IMG/VR virus record: IMGVR_UViG_3300016476_001057
Span: 1-33,546 of that record
Length of the DNA stretch: 33,546 nucleotides
Origin: a virus
Taxonomy: Duplodnaviria > Caudoviricetes
Reading direction: 5' to 3' (one strand)
In this document: positions 1-8,172 of the stretch, one piece after another
How positions within the stretch are numbered: position 1 is the first letter of the stretch
Layout: each line of letters opens with the position of its first letter
The notes under the pieces: generated by a model
Database searches by the model: none
Told to the model about the DNA's origin: nothing
Seen by the model: the letters and a program-made list of their open reading frames with translations, nothing else
Made by a program: the position numbers and the translations under genes

Positions 1-10
1 CCTTTCTTGA

Positions 11-679
11 TTAGCGCTTCTTGAGGCGCGTGTTGATGGCCTTCTTGAACTCCTCCGGCTTGCCCGCGAACTCGCGGACCAGCGCGGAGATCTCCGAGCC
101 GTCGATGTCCCCAACGGGGACGGCGGCGCGGCTCATGTCGATGCGGACGCCCATCGGGTCACGGGCGAACAGCTCGCGCCAGCAGTCGATGGTCTCCTGG
201 GGGTTGGCGCTCGCCATCAGCTCGGCCATCAGGCGCGGGCGCTGGGCGGCCGGGATGCGGTAGCCCTCGGCCTCGAGCGTGTCGATCTCGCGGGTGAACT
301 CGGCCTTCTTCAGCTCGGTCTTGATCGCCTTGAGCTCGCGGGCCATCTTGATGTTCTCGCGGCGGAGCGCGAAGACGTCGGGCTTGCCGGGACGGGTGGC
401 GAGCAGACGAGCATCGCCGGCTTCCTCGATCTCTGCCTCCTCATCCTCATCCTCTCCGAGGTGGCTGCCGATGTCGATGTGCACGCCGTCCTCGGCGTTC
501 TCCATCTTGTCATCGTCAGAGACCTCCGCGAACTGCTGGGTCAGCATGTCCTCGGCGGCCATCTCTTCCTTCTTGTCGCCGTCCTCGGCCTCGTCGGCGG
601 CGAAGGCACGCTTCATGGCGTCCTTCATCTCATCCATCGCGGCCTTCAGGGAGGCGACCTCCTTGTGCAGGTCGTCCAT
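11..679 (-). CDS. Probable internally initiated scaffolding protein (Mu gpZ-like)
   Basis: In-frame ATG (MDDLHKEV) preceded by GAAGGACACCCAC, nearly identical to the cement-gene leader AAAGGACACTCAC. Confidence 0.55.
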   Translation of the reverse strand: MDDLHKEVASLKAAMDEMKDAMKRAFAADEAEDGDKKEEMAAEDMLTQQFAEVSDDDKMENAEDGVHIDIGSHLGEDEDEEAEIEEAGDARLLATRPGKPDVFALRRENIKMARELKAIKTELKKAEFTREIDTLEAEGYRIPAAQRPRLMAELMASANPQETIDCWRELFARDPMGVRIDMSRAAVPVGDIDGSEISALVREFAGKPEEFKKAINTRLKKR

Positions 680-1531
680 GTGGGTGTCCTTCGTACCGGG
701 AACGAACGTGGAAAGCCCGCCGCCGACCGTTCCCATGTCGAAGCGGAGAGAGCGAGCAAACCGCACCGGAGCGCCGGCGCGGTTGAAATGCGTGTCGGGC
801 AGCGGACGCCGGGGCGTCTCGCGTCCCAGCAGGGCCACCTCGGACAGGTGGTTCTGCTCGGGCCAAATCTCGGCGCTGCGGCGGGGGAAGGCGTTGGTGG
901 CGAGCAGCTTGTCGAACACGCTGCGCTCCACCTCGCAGTCCCCGAGGATGTAGCCGACGCCGTCCCGCTCCTCATACCGGAGCTTGGTGAATCGGCCAAC
1001 GGAGCTCTTCGGCTCCTGGCCGTCGCGCTCGTGCATCACGACAAGCCGGGGCATAGACCCCTTCGCCATGTACTTGAGCGTGCCTTCCACGATGCCACGG
1101 ACGCGATCATTGTCGAAGGTCGCCAGCTCCTCGTCGCTGTCGCCGTCAATGCGCGGGTCGTAGGCGCAGAAGACCTCGAGGTCGTGAATGGTGACCGAGC
1201 CGTCGCCCGGGGTCACGCGGTGGGACGGGCGCTCGGCGCGGCTGTTCTCGACCTTGCCCTCGGCACGGTCAAGCTCCTTCGCCTTGCGGGCCGCCCAATC
1301 ACGGCCGGCATCGCCGCCCCAGCCCTCGCCATCCTTGTCCACTGCGTGGCGGGCGAAGTAGGAATCCATCCGGCGCACCGTGTCCGGGGACAGGTTGGTG
1401 CGGTTCTTCAGGTCCCGGGCGCGGGCGACGCCGACCTCCGTGCCGCCTCGCCCGTGCTTCTCACGGAGCGCAAGGCCGCGGGCGGCGTTGTCCGCCATCT
1501 CCTGCGTGGGCTTGAGGTCGATGTCTGCCAT
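11..1531 (-). CDS. Prohead protease/scaffold protein (Mu gpI-like) with an extra N-terminal domain
   Basis: Start MADIDLKP. The central domain has H...SSVGRF...RRSAEI...LSEVALLG and the C-terminus is an acidic coiled coil. It lies between gpF and the cement/capsid genes. Confidence 0.75.
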   Translation of the reverse strand: MADIDLKPTQEMADNAARGLALREKHGRGGTEVGVARARDLKNRTNLSPDTVRRMDSYFARHAVDKDGEGWGGDAGRDWAARKAKELDRAEGKVENSRAERPSHRVTPGDGSVTIHDLEVFCAYDPRIDGDSDEELATFDNDRVRGIVEGTLKYMAKGSMPRLVVMHERDGQEPKSSVGRFTKLRYEERDGVGYILGDCEVERSVFDKLLATNAFPRRSAEIWPEQNHLSEVALLGRETPRRPLPDTHFNRAGAPVRFARSLRFDMGTVGGGLSTFVPGTKDTHMDDLHKEVASLKAAMDEMKDAMKRAFAADEAEDGDKKEEMAAEDMLTQQFAEVSDDDKMENAEDGVHIDIGSHLGEDEDEEAEIEEAGDARLLATRPGKPDVFALRRENIKMARELKAIKTELKKAEFTREIDTLEAEGYRIPAAQRPRLMAELMASANPQETIDCWRELFARDPMGVRIDMSRAAVPVGDIDGSEISALVREFAGKPEEFKKAINTRLKKR

Positions 1532-1590
1532 CGGTTTGAAGGTACGGGGGATGCGTGGGGATTGAAGGAATGCCGCGTTCGGCGTCGGGA

Positions 1591-3489
1591 TCATCCGGCG
1601 ATGAAGCCCGGGTCGGGGAACTGCCCGGAGTCGATGAGCCGCTGCCGCTGGGCGTTGTGCTGCTGGATCAGGTCGAGGTTTGGGTTTCCGTCTCGGTCGC
1701 ACCAGCCCTTGTTCACGGCGGTGGCGATGGGCACGGGGGACCATGAGCAGCGGCAATTGCTTGTGATGATCCCGTCCGCGACTACAATGCCGATGCTGCT
1801 ACGGAAGTCATACACATGCCCATCGAATTCAGGCTCAAACTCGACATCGACCACATCGTCAAGCTGTACCGATCCGGCCAGAGCGTCAAGCAGATCGCCG
1901 AGACGGTCGGCTGTTCCCGGTCCTGCATTGTCACCCGTCTTGAGGCTCGGGGCATCTGCGCCCGGAACCGAAGCGAGGCCGAACTGCTCAAATGGCGCCG
2001 GATCAAGGAAGACCCCGCGCTGGTTCGTCGGCAGTGCGGCGCCGCGTGGCGAGCGGTGACGGGAACCAAGCGAAGCCATGAGACCCTTTGCCGATCCGCG
2101 CAGGCTCGCATCCGCCGCCAAAGCCCCGACGAGGTCAAGATGCTGGCGCTGCTGAATGGGCACGGCATCGATGCCGAACACCAGCTCCCCATCGGCCCAT
2201 ACAACATCGACTTCGCCATCCATGAAGGCCGAATCGCCGTGGAGCATCAGATTGGACCCCTTCGTTCCAAGCCTCGCGTGGGCGACTCCCTTGGCCGCAA
2301 GCGCATCGAATACCTCAACGGCCAAGGCTGGGCGGTGATCTGCCTCAACATCTCCAAGTCCTGGCAGCGCCGGCATCCGTTGGCCAAGGCTGTTCAGGCA
2401 CTCGTCGCCAACATGGACCTGCTCCGCGCTGACCCACCCTCGGCTGGTGAGTACTGGGTGGTTCGGTGTGAGTGCGACTCGGCGGCCAGACCGCAGGTGA
2501 AGGTGTACAAGCGGGCCGCGATATGACGCCCGCATCCCGATGTCGTAGACGCCCGTGATCGGCTGGTCCCCGGGGAAGCACTGGAAGCCCGCCGGCGTGG
2601 CGATGCCCATAGCGTCGATCATCTCGGTGGTCGCCACGTAGCCGTCCATCGCCTTGTGCGTGTCGCGGGTGCGACGGTCCTTCGTCGCCCGGTACTGCAT
2701 GAGGGGGACAAACTTCTTGGCGACGGGGTCCCGGCAGATGTCCAGCCTGCCCTGCGAGGCCGCCCGGTTCAGGTTCGTCCGGTAGACGGTTTCAAGCCTG
2801 GCGGCCGTCAGGTCATCCCCGAGCTTGAGCACGTCCTCGGCCTGCTCGATGAACTGCGCCAGCCCCATCTGCCGCAGCTTCTTCGTCGCCTTGTCGCGGG
2901 TCTCCTGCCCGCGCACCACTTTTCCCAAGAGGTCCCGCAGCTGCTCGGTCTGCCGCTGGGTCAGGCCCGAGACGAAGAAGCCCTCCTGCGCGACCTTGCC
3001 GACCCCCGGGGTCCGGCGCACCCGGACGTCCGCGGGCATTTGTTCGGGGTAGACCAGCGCCCGGAACTCCGGGCTGCGGTCGGCCATCTTCTGCACGGCG
3101 GTCTGCTGCTCGTCCCGGCGCAGTTCGTTGGCGGCCTCGAGGGCCTTCCGGATGAGGTCCTGCCACCGGGCCTTCGTCAGGGGCACGGTGTCCATCCAGC
3201 GGCGGATCATCTCCCGGGCGGGTCCTGGCTCAAAGTCGAGCAGGGCGGCGTCCTCGGCGAACTGCACGGGCTTGGGAGCGGCCACGGGCACGCCGGCGGT
3301 CTTCAGGCTGTCGGCTGCCCCTGCCACCCACGAGGCCAGCAGCAGGGCGGCCGTGTCTTGCTCCCAAGCATCCCACGCCTTGTCGGCGTCCTCGCCGGCG
3401 ATCTGCGCGGCGATGGCGGCCCGGTAGGCGTCGGCCCCGTCACGGAGCACGTCCTGCATCAGGCCGGGGATGTCGCCTGCCTTGGCCAT
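1591..3489 (-). CDS. Head morphogenesis/minor capsid protein (Mu gpF / SPP1 gp7 family), intein-containing
   Basis: Motifs RLETVYRTNL, YRATKDRRTRDTH and the family PxGFx/CRC motif, which is split by an intein. Located directly after the portal. Confidence 0.9.
   Translation of the reverse strand: MAKAGDIPGLMQDVLRDGADAYRAAIAAQIAGEDADKAWDAWEQDTAALLLASWVAGAADSLKTAGVPVAAPKPVQFAEDAALLDFEPGPAREMIRRWMDTVPLTKARWQDLIRKALEAANELRRDEQQTAVQKMADRSPEFRALVYPEQMPADVRVRRTPGVGKVAQEGFFVSGLTQRQTEQLRDLLGKVVRGQETRDKATKKLRQMGLAQFIEQAEDVLKLGDDLTAARLETVYRTNLNRAASQGRLDICRDPVAKKFVPLMQYRATKDRRTRDTHKAMDGYVATTEMIDAMGIATPAGFQCFPGDQPITGVYDIGMRASYRGPLVHLHLRSGRRVALTPNHPVLTSRGWVSAEQVHVGDECLNSLGQRMPALPGLGDVEADHRPALAVEVFDALAAKGVAHARLGTKGSNLMLHGDSAFMDGEVDVVWADGELVFGIDAVPIQQRQHLDLVGALAADASLRGSAKGLMASLGSRHRSPRGAALPTNQRGVFLDPAPFEQFGLASVPGADAPSLKTGDNAGPGTADRLGDLLDALAGSVQLDDVVDVEFEPEFDGHVYDFRSSIGIVVADGIITSNCRCSWSPVPIATAVNKGWCDRDGNPNLDLIQQHNAQRQRLIDSGQFPDPGFIAG
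1761..1788 (+). promoter_or_regulatory. Candidate sigma70 promoter for the nested antisense endonuclease
   Basis: TTGTGA-N16-TACAAT, followed by GGAAG (1803-1807) 8 nt before ATG 1816. Confidence 0.5.
1816..2526 (+). CDS. HTH + DUF559/Vsr-like PD-(D/E)XK endonuclease nested antisense in the intein
   Basis: N-terminal HTH (LYRSGQSVKQIAETVGCSRSCIVTRL). C-terminal SPDE...L...GI...Q.PIGPYNIDFA....IAVE...R..YL..QGWAV. Confidence 0.82.
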   Translation: MPIEFRLKLDIDHIVKLYRSGQSVKQIAETVGCSRSCIVTRLEARGICARNRSEAELLKWRRIKEDPALVRRQCGAAWRAVTGTKRSHETLCRSAQARIRRQSPDEVKMLALLNGHGIDAEHQLPIGPYNIDFAIHEGRIAVEHQIGPLRSKPRVGDSLGRKRIEYLNGQGWAVICLNISKSWQRRHPLAKAVQALVANMDLLRADPPSAGEYWVVRCECDSAARPQVKVYKRAAI

Positions 3490-3492
3490 GCC

Positions 3493-5043
3493 TTACCACC
3501 ACGAGCGGCGGCTGAAGGTCCGGGGAGCGCCCTCCGTGGGCGGCGTGCCTTCGGCTGGCTGGCCCTCCTCGGGCGGCATGGGCGTCTTGAGCAGGCTGGA
3601 CAGGGCGTCTGGCTCGGCCACGCCCGTCCCGCCGCCGAGGATCTTGTCCTCCTCGGTCGGCTCGGCGAGGCCCAGCAGGTCGCGCACCTCGCGCTCGGAG
3701 ACCTTGCCGCCCATCTGCACGAACTTCTCGATGGCCTCGAGGCGCTCCTTCGGGTCCGGGCGCTCGGGGGCGAAGACGAACCGGATGCCGGCGGCCTCCT
3801 CGGCCGTCGCGCCCATCATGCGGGCCACGACCTTGACGAAGTCGTTCGTCATGCTGTCGGCCAGCGCGTCGGCGTGGTAGCGGATGATCCGGGACAGGGT
3901 GTCGGCGTGCAGGTCGGCAACGCCCGAGCCGAGACCCGTGCCATGCGCCTCGCTCGTCAGGCTCTGCCCGACGATGGCCTCCTTGAGCTTGGCGCTGAAC
4001 CAGTTGACCAGCTCCATGAATACGGCCGCTCGGCCGCTGTTCGGCTCCTTGATGTCGATGTCGTAGATCCGCTCCGTACCCTGCTGCGGCAGCAGGACAC
4101 TGTTGTCGTTCGTGAGGTTCGCCAGCACCTCCTGCATCATCTGCTGGCCCGCGTCCTGGCCAGCAGGGTAGTAACCCACCCGGATGCCCATCGCATACCG
4201 CTCGGCGTAGGTGATGGCGTCCTGGAGGATCTCCTGCTTCGCCAGCCACATGAACCAGCAGATGTCCCGGGCGCCCACGCCGCGGTAGATGCTCTCGGTG
4301 CTGTTTGGGTCGTTGAAGTCCGGGGCCGCCACGAAGACGCGGTGCAGGACCACGGCCGCCCGCTCGACCTCGTTGAAGATGTGCACCCGGGCGTCGAAGC
4401 CGATGTTGGTCGAGCTCTCGGGGTTGTTCATGTACTCGACGCCGACCTTCATGGCGAGATTGTCGTGCTGGTCGTAGGCGAGGGTGTCGGGGTGAAACGG
4501 GAACCACTCCTTGACCGCGACGCCCGTCAGGGGGTCCGGGCGGTACACGATGTTGGCCGCGCTGTTGCCGTACCAGACCGCCTCGTGCATGGATCGGACG
4601 AAGTCGGCTCGGCGGGGCATGCGGTCGAAGACCTTGGCGACGCGCTCGGCCAGCTCCACCGCTCGAGGGTCCTTCTCATCCTCGGAGACGACCGCCCACT
4701 CAAGGCCGGCCAGCGTGACTTGGAGCGACCGCAGGACGCCCTCGATGTCGGCGTCCGCCCGCATCATCATCTGGTACTGCGGGTTGAGGCGGTAGGCGAG
4801 GCTGCTGTTCTTCAGCAGCTTGTCGGCCGTGGTGAAGAACGACCGCTGGACCTCCACGCTCGTGGCGAGCGGGAAGGTCATGCCGCGCTCCATCGGAGGC
4901 GGCAGCGGGCCACGGGGGCGCTCGGCCGGGGTCAGCGCGTTCATGGCGCTGTTGGTGCTGATGGGCTGCTTCACGATGGGCTTCGGGATGCCCGCCGTGA
5001 CCTTGCGGCCCGTGCGCCGTGCGGTTGTCTTGCGCTTTGCCAT
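3493..5043 (-). CDS. Portal protein (DUF935 / Mu gp29-like)
   Basis: 516 aa with AVWYGNS, YAERYAMGIRVGYY and AIVGQSLTS...GSG.ADLH. Located between the terminase and gpF. Confidence 0.88.
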   Translation of the reverse strand: MAKRKTTARRTGRKVTAGIPKPIVKQPISTNSAMNALTPAERPRGPLPPPMERGMTFPLATSVEVQRSFFTTADKLLKNSSLAYRLNPQYQMMMRADADIEGVLRSLQVTLAGLEWAVVSEDEKDPRAVELAERVAKVFDRMPRRADFVRSMHEAVWYGNSAANIVYRPDPLTGVAVKEWFPFHPDTLAYDQHDNLAMKVGVEYMNNPESSTNIGFDARVHIFNEVERAAVVLHRVFVAAPDFNDPNSTESIYRGVGARDICWFMWLAKQEILQDAITYAERYAMGIRVGYYPAGQDAGQQMMQEVLANLTNDNSVLLPQQGTERIYDIDIKEPNSGRAAVFMELVNWFSAKLKEAIVGQSLTSEAHGTGLGSGVADLHADTLSRIIRYHADALADSMTNDFVKVVARMMGATAEEAAGIRFVFAPERPDPKERLEAIEKFVQMGGKVSEREVRDLLGLAEPTEEDKILGGGTGVAEPDALSSLLKTPMPPEEGQPAEGTPPTEGAPRTFSRRSWW

Positions 5044-5053
5044 CGTTCACCTA

Positions 5054-5488
5054 TCAGGGAGGCGGCCCAATTCCAAGGCTAACTAGGAATGAATCAATGA
5101 CCGCATTCGCTGCGGTCACATTTCTCACGGTCACCGTGCCGCTGGCAATGTCAAAGGATGAAAAGTCAAACCACACGAAGCAATTCGGCGAGACCGAGAA
5201 TTGCGTCGGGCTAGTCCCCAGTGCGGTAAACGTTGCCCCTTCATCTGCATCGGTCCCATTGATGTAAACGCCAGCAGTCATTCCTGTCGGCGCATTCGCG
5301 GAGAAGATCACTGGGACATTGATGCCAGCCACCTGTAGTCGTTCGGACTGTGCGCTCAATTCCTCCACCTGAATGTCTTCCCAATTCATGGGATAGGGAC
5401 CGACATCCAGACTTCGATTCCCCTGAAGAATCGAGGCATTGCCCAAACGCAAGGCTGGGCGATTGGTTCGTCCAATCCAGCTTCGCAT
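5054..5488 (-). CDS. Hypothetical beta-rich protein, visibly lower GC
   Basis: TGATG overlap with the upstream gene; many A/T third codon positions. Confidence 0.6.
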   Translation of the reverse strand: MRSWIGRTNRPALRLGNASILQGNRSLDVGPYPMNWEDIQVEELSAQSERLQVAGINVPVIFSANAPTGMTAGVYINGTDADEGATFTALGTSPTQFSVSPNCFVWFDFSSFDIASGTVTVRNVTAANAVIDSFLVSLGIGPPP

Positions 5489-6018
5489 CAGATGGTCGCC
5501 CAAAGAACGCCCATCGTGGGGCTGCCGCTTGACTTGAACTGCACCTGCACGATGGTGCAGCCGACAGGGTCAATGAGCACGCTGGCTGGCTCGGTGTTTG
5601 ACACGGCAGCCGTCCCAGGGCTGTACAGATTCGCGGTGGGGGTGCCAGCGACCTGCGTAATCCCTGCATAGGGCCGACAGTCGCCCGCGCTGTCCAGTGT
5701 CCAAGTCGGCACCGTACCCGTGCTGAAGGTCAGGGTGAAGTCGCCCAGCACGGTCGGAACATAAACCTTCCCAGATCCGTCCGCCTTCAGGTACGGCGTG
5801 TAGCCGACCACGCGCATACCGACGCTCGTCCCGCCCGTCGCGCTGGCGAACGGCGTCAGGCGCAGCAGGCTGGGATCGCGCCCGCCAGGGTTCGGAGAGC
5901 CATTGTAAAGCACTCCCGAGGTGGGCAGGGTGGCCGGGTCCAAAGCCACATACGAGCTTGAGACGCTGGCGACAGTGGTCTTGCCGTTGATGTTCTGCTG
6001 GGTATTGATGCTGGGCAT
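5488..6018 (-). CDS. Hypothetical beta-rich, possibly virion-associated protein
   Basis: RBS AAAGGA before MPSINTQQ; S/T/G-rich, 176 aa. Confidence 0.7.
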   Translation of the reverse strand: MPSINTQQNINGKTTVASVSSSYVALDPATLPTSGVLYNGSPNPGGRDPSLLRLTPFASATGGTSVGMRVVGYTPYLKADGSGKVYVPTVLGDFTLTFSTGTVPTWTLDSAGDCRPYAGITQVAGTPTANLYSPGTAAVSNTEPASVLIDPVGCTIVQVQFKSSGSPTMGVLWATI

Positions 6019-6029
6019 TTGCGTTCCTT

Positions 6030-6305
6030 TTACAGCTCGCCGCGGCGCTCGAGGTCGAGCGCGATGGCGACGGCCTGGTCCTGCGGCTTGCCCTCGTTGA
6101 TGAGGGTGGCGATCTTGCGGCTCACGGCCTCGGAGTGGGAGCCGCCGCCGGGCTTGCGCTCGGCCTCGAGGGTCTGCGGGGGGAGCGCGGCGTGCGTGGA
6201 CTTCGCGCCGGGGCGAGCGCACGCGACTGCGTGCTTCGTCTTGCGTCCGTTGCGCCGCTTCGCGTAGGCGGCGGCGAGGTCCATCAGGGTCGGGTCTGCG
6301 TTCAT
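6030..6305 (-). CDS. Small hypothetical protein with a KIATLINEGKPQDQAVAIA motif
   Basis: RBS GGAG. The motif resembles short domains recurrent in phage head regions. Confidence 0.65.
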   Translation of the reverse strand: MNADPTLMDLAAAYAKRRNGRKTKHAVACARPGAKSTHAALPPQTLEAERKPGGGSHSEAVSRKIATLINEGKPQDQAVAIALDLERRGEL

Positions 6306-6315
6306 GCTTGCTCCG

Positions 6316-7791
6316 TCACTTGAAGAAGGGGCGCTTCACTTCGCGCTGCCCGAACATGCGGGTGATCGCGTCGGGCTTGGCGATCCGGGGTACTTTCATG
6401 TCGGCGGCCGTGAGCGTCCCGCGCACGGCTTCCGCGCATAGGTCTACCACGCAGTCCACCGTGTCATCGTGCGATCCCGCAGGGAACGCCAGCATCTCGT
6501 CCAGCACGGGCTGGAAGGCGGGGAGCACCTTCCCGGCATCGTCGGTGGGGAAGAGCAGCTTGCCGCCCTGGACGAACGGCTGCGCCCCGGCGGCCCGCAG
6601 GTGCTTGTCGGCCACGCGCTCCACCGCGATCATGGGCTGGCTGGTGATGGAGGCGAACTGGTCGAAGATGCCGCGCTGGGGGCCGTTGGCCTCGGCGAGC
6701 ACGGCGGCCACGCCGCGCCGGCGGCAGAGGTCGGCCGCCTGCTTGGCGAAGGCGGGGAAGGCGTCCCGGACGCGCAGGATGTCGGTGAGGAACAGGCGGC
6801 GCTCGGCGTCGATGTCCCCGACGAGGCAGACCGAGTAGTCGGGATCGTCCCGGTCCTGCGCCTTGCGCGAGTACCCCCAATCGATGGCGGCGACCGTGCG
6901 GGCGACCTCGGGCTGCTTGCCGACCCGGTAGTGCGCCACCCATTCCGGGCGGAACACGAGGAGGTCGCTCGAGAGCGGGACGAGCTCGTAGGCGCGGGCG
7001 TAGGCCATCGGCCCCATGCGCTTGCGCCAGTACGCCAGCACGTCGGGGGTGAAGACCTCGCCCCACGGGGAGCGGTCCCCGGCGCACGGCCGGCGCAGAA
7101 GCGTGCCCTCGTCCTCGGTCTCCCGCCGCCAATCGGCGGTCAGGTCATCCGTATGGAAGGGCGTGGCGGTGCGCCACAGGCGCGGCTCATGCGCGGCGCT
7201 GGGGTCCAGCATCGGCAGCCAGATGTTCGCGTAGGCCTCCTTGACCTGGGCGCGAAGGGCGGGCTGGAGGACGCTGTTCCGCAGGTCGCAGATGTCATCG
7301 AACCACAGCACGTCGGCGCGGCCGCCCGTGCGGCCGAAGATGCCCGTCGCCTGCACGGTCGGGTCGCGGCGGGGTCCGACGCCGGGAGCCGTGACGCTCC
7401 AAGCACTTACGGTTTCCTCCCCGGGCTTCAGCTTCACGGTCGGGAAGCAGGCGCGGAAGACGGGGCCGCGGATGATGTCTCGGATGAACCGGGTCGTGGC
7501 GATGGCGTGATCGTCGGTCTGGGTGACGATCTTGAACCGGGCGTCCGGGCGGATGCCCACCCACCACGCGACGAGGTAGGCGAAGGTCGAGGTCTTGGCG
7601 TGGCCGCGGGGGATCTCCGCGTACCACGAGGTGTTCGCCACGGCATGGTGCAGCATCTCCTGCTGGAGGTGACTGACGGGCCTGCCGAGGGCGAGCGCAA
7701 GGAACGCGGCGGGGTTCTCCCGGGCGGCCTCGACCGCAGCCTCGGCGGTCACTTGCGCTTGCGCTTGGGCTTGGGGCTTGGCTCGGGGCAT
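6316..7791 (-). CDS. terL: Terminase large subunit
   Basis: Walker A PRGHAKTS, Walker B VLWFDD, nuclease motifs AAIDWG, EANG and FP...HDDTVD. Start is approximate. Confidence 0.93.
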   Translation of the reverse strand: MPRAKPQAQAQAQVTAEAAVEAARENPAAFLALALGRPVSHLQQEMLHHAVANTSWYAEIPRGHAKTSTFAYLVAWWVGIRPDARFKIVTQTDDHAIATTRFIRDIIRGPVFRACFPTVKLKPGEETVSAWSVTAPGVGPRRDPTVQATGIFGRTGGRADVLWFDDICDLRNSVLQPALRAQVKEAYANIWLPMLDPSAAHEPRLWRTATPFHTDDLTADWRRETEDEGTLLRRPCAGDRSPWGEVFTPDVLAYWRKRMGPMAYARAYELVPLSSDLLVFRPEWVAHYRVGKQPEVARTVAAIDWGYSRKAQDRDDPDYSVCLVGDIDAERRLFLTDILRVRDAFPAFAKQAADLCRRRGVAAVLAEANGPQRGIFDQFASITSQPMIAVERVADKHLRAAGAQPFVQGGKLLFPTDDAGKVLPAFQPVLDEMLAFPAGSHDDTVDCVVDLCAEAVRGTLTAADMKVPRIAKPDAITRMFGQREVKRPFFK

Positions 7792-8171
7792 GGGGCAGGG
7801 ATGGCGCTGGCGGCCAACACGCGGGCTACGGCGGCCAGCTGGGCGTCGGTGACGGTCTGCGCGAGCTCGACGCGGTCGGTGGCATCCCCGGCGTCCAGGC
7901 GGGCCATGCGGTCCTCTTGCACGGCGGCGTCGAGGTTCAGGCGCTCGATGGCCACGAGGGTGCTGGAGGCCCGGGCGACGTCCCGGGGCTTGGCGTCGGG
8001 GTTGGCGAGGATGCGGGAGGCGCGGCCGATGATGGCCTGCTTGACGAGGGGGTCGATGGTCCAGCCGGCGCGGATGGCCGCCATCACGAGGCGCAGGTCG
8101 TTGCGCGGCCTCCCCTCTCCCTCCCATCGCGCCGGGTCGGGTTGACGTTGCATCGCCTTGTCCTCGGGCAT
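7749..8171 (-). CDS. Putative terminase small subunit
   Basis: Helical 140-aa ORF immediately upstream of and overlapping terL. Confidence 0.5.
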   Translation of the reverse strand: MPEDKAMQRQPDPARWEGEGRPRNDLRLVMAAIRAGWTIDPLVKQAIIGRASRILANPDAKPRDVARASSTLVAIERLNLDAAVQEDRMARLDAGDATDRVELAQTVTDAQLAAVARVLAASAIPAPCPEPSPKPKRKRK

Positions 8172-8172
8172 C

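Larger units (their letters stand above)
1756..2580 (-). mobile_element. Intein (Hint), 275 aa, residues 304-578 of gpF
   Basis: Cys1 block A (CFPGDQPI), block B (LTPNHPVL...GW), block F (DGHVYDF), terminal ITSN followed by Cys+1. Removing it restores TPAGFQ-CRCSW. Confidence 0.93.

Noticed and set aside
1532-1756. Upstream extension of the protease ORF; similar extensions on terL, MTase, tape measure and adaptor
   Set aside because: The extensions overlap upstream genes. Downstream starts with an RBS or stop-start coupling are more plausible.
461-2059. 532-aa + strand ORF
   Set aside because: Shadow of the protease/scaffold gene with no recognisable motifs.
3493-5043. Mu-like transposable phage call
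   Set aside because: Only the structural genes are Mu-like. There is no MuA/MuB, Mor or host-DNA ends.
2656-5082. 808-aa + strand ORF
   Set aside because: Antisense shadow of portal and gpF in GC-rich DNA. It has no domain motifs, unlike 1816-2526.
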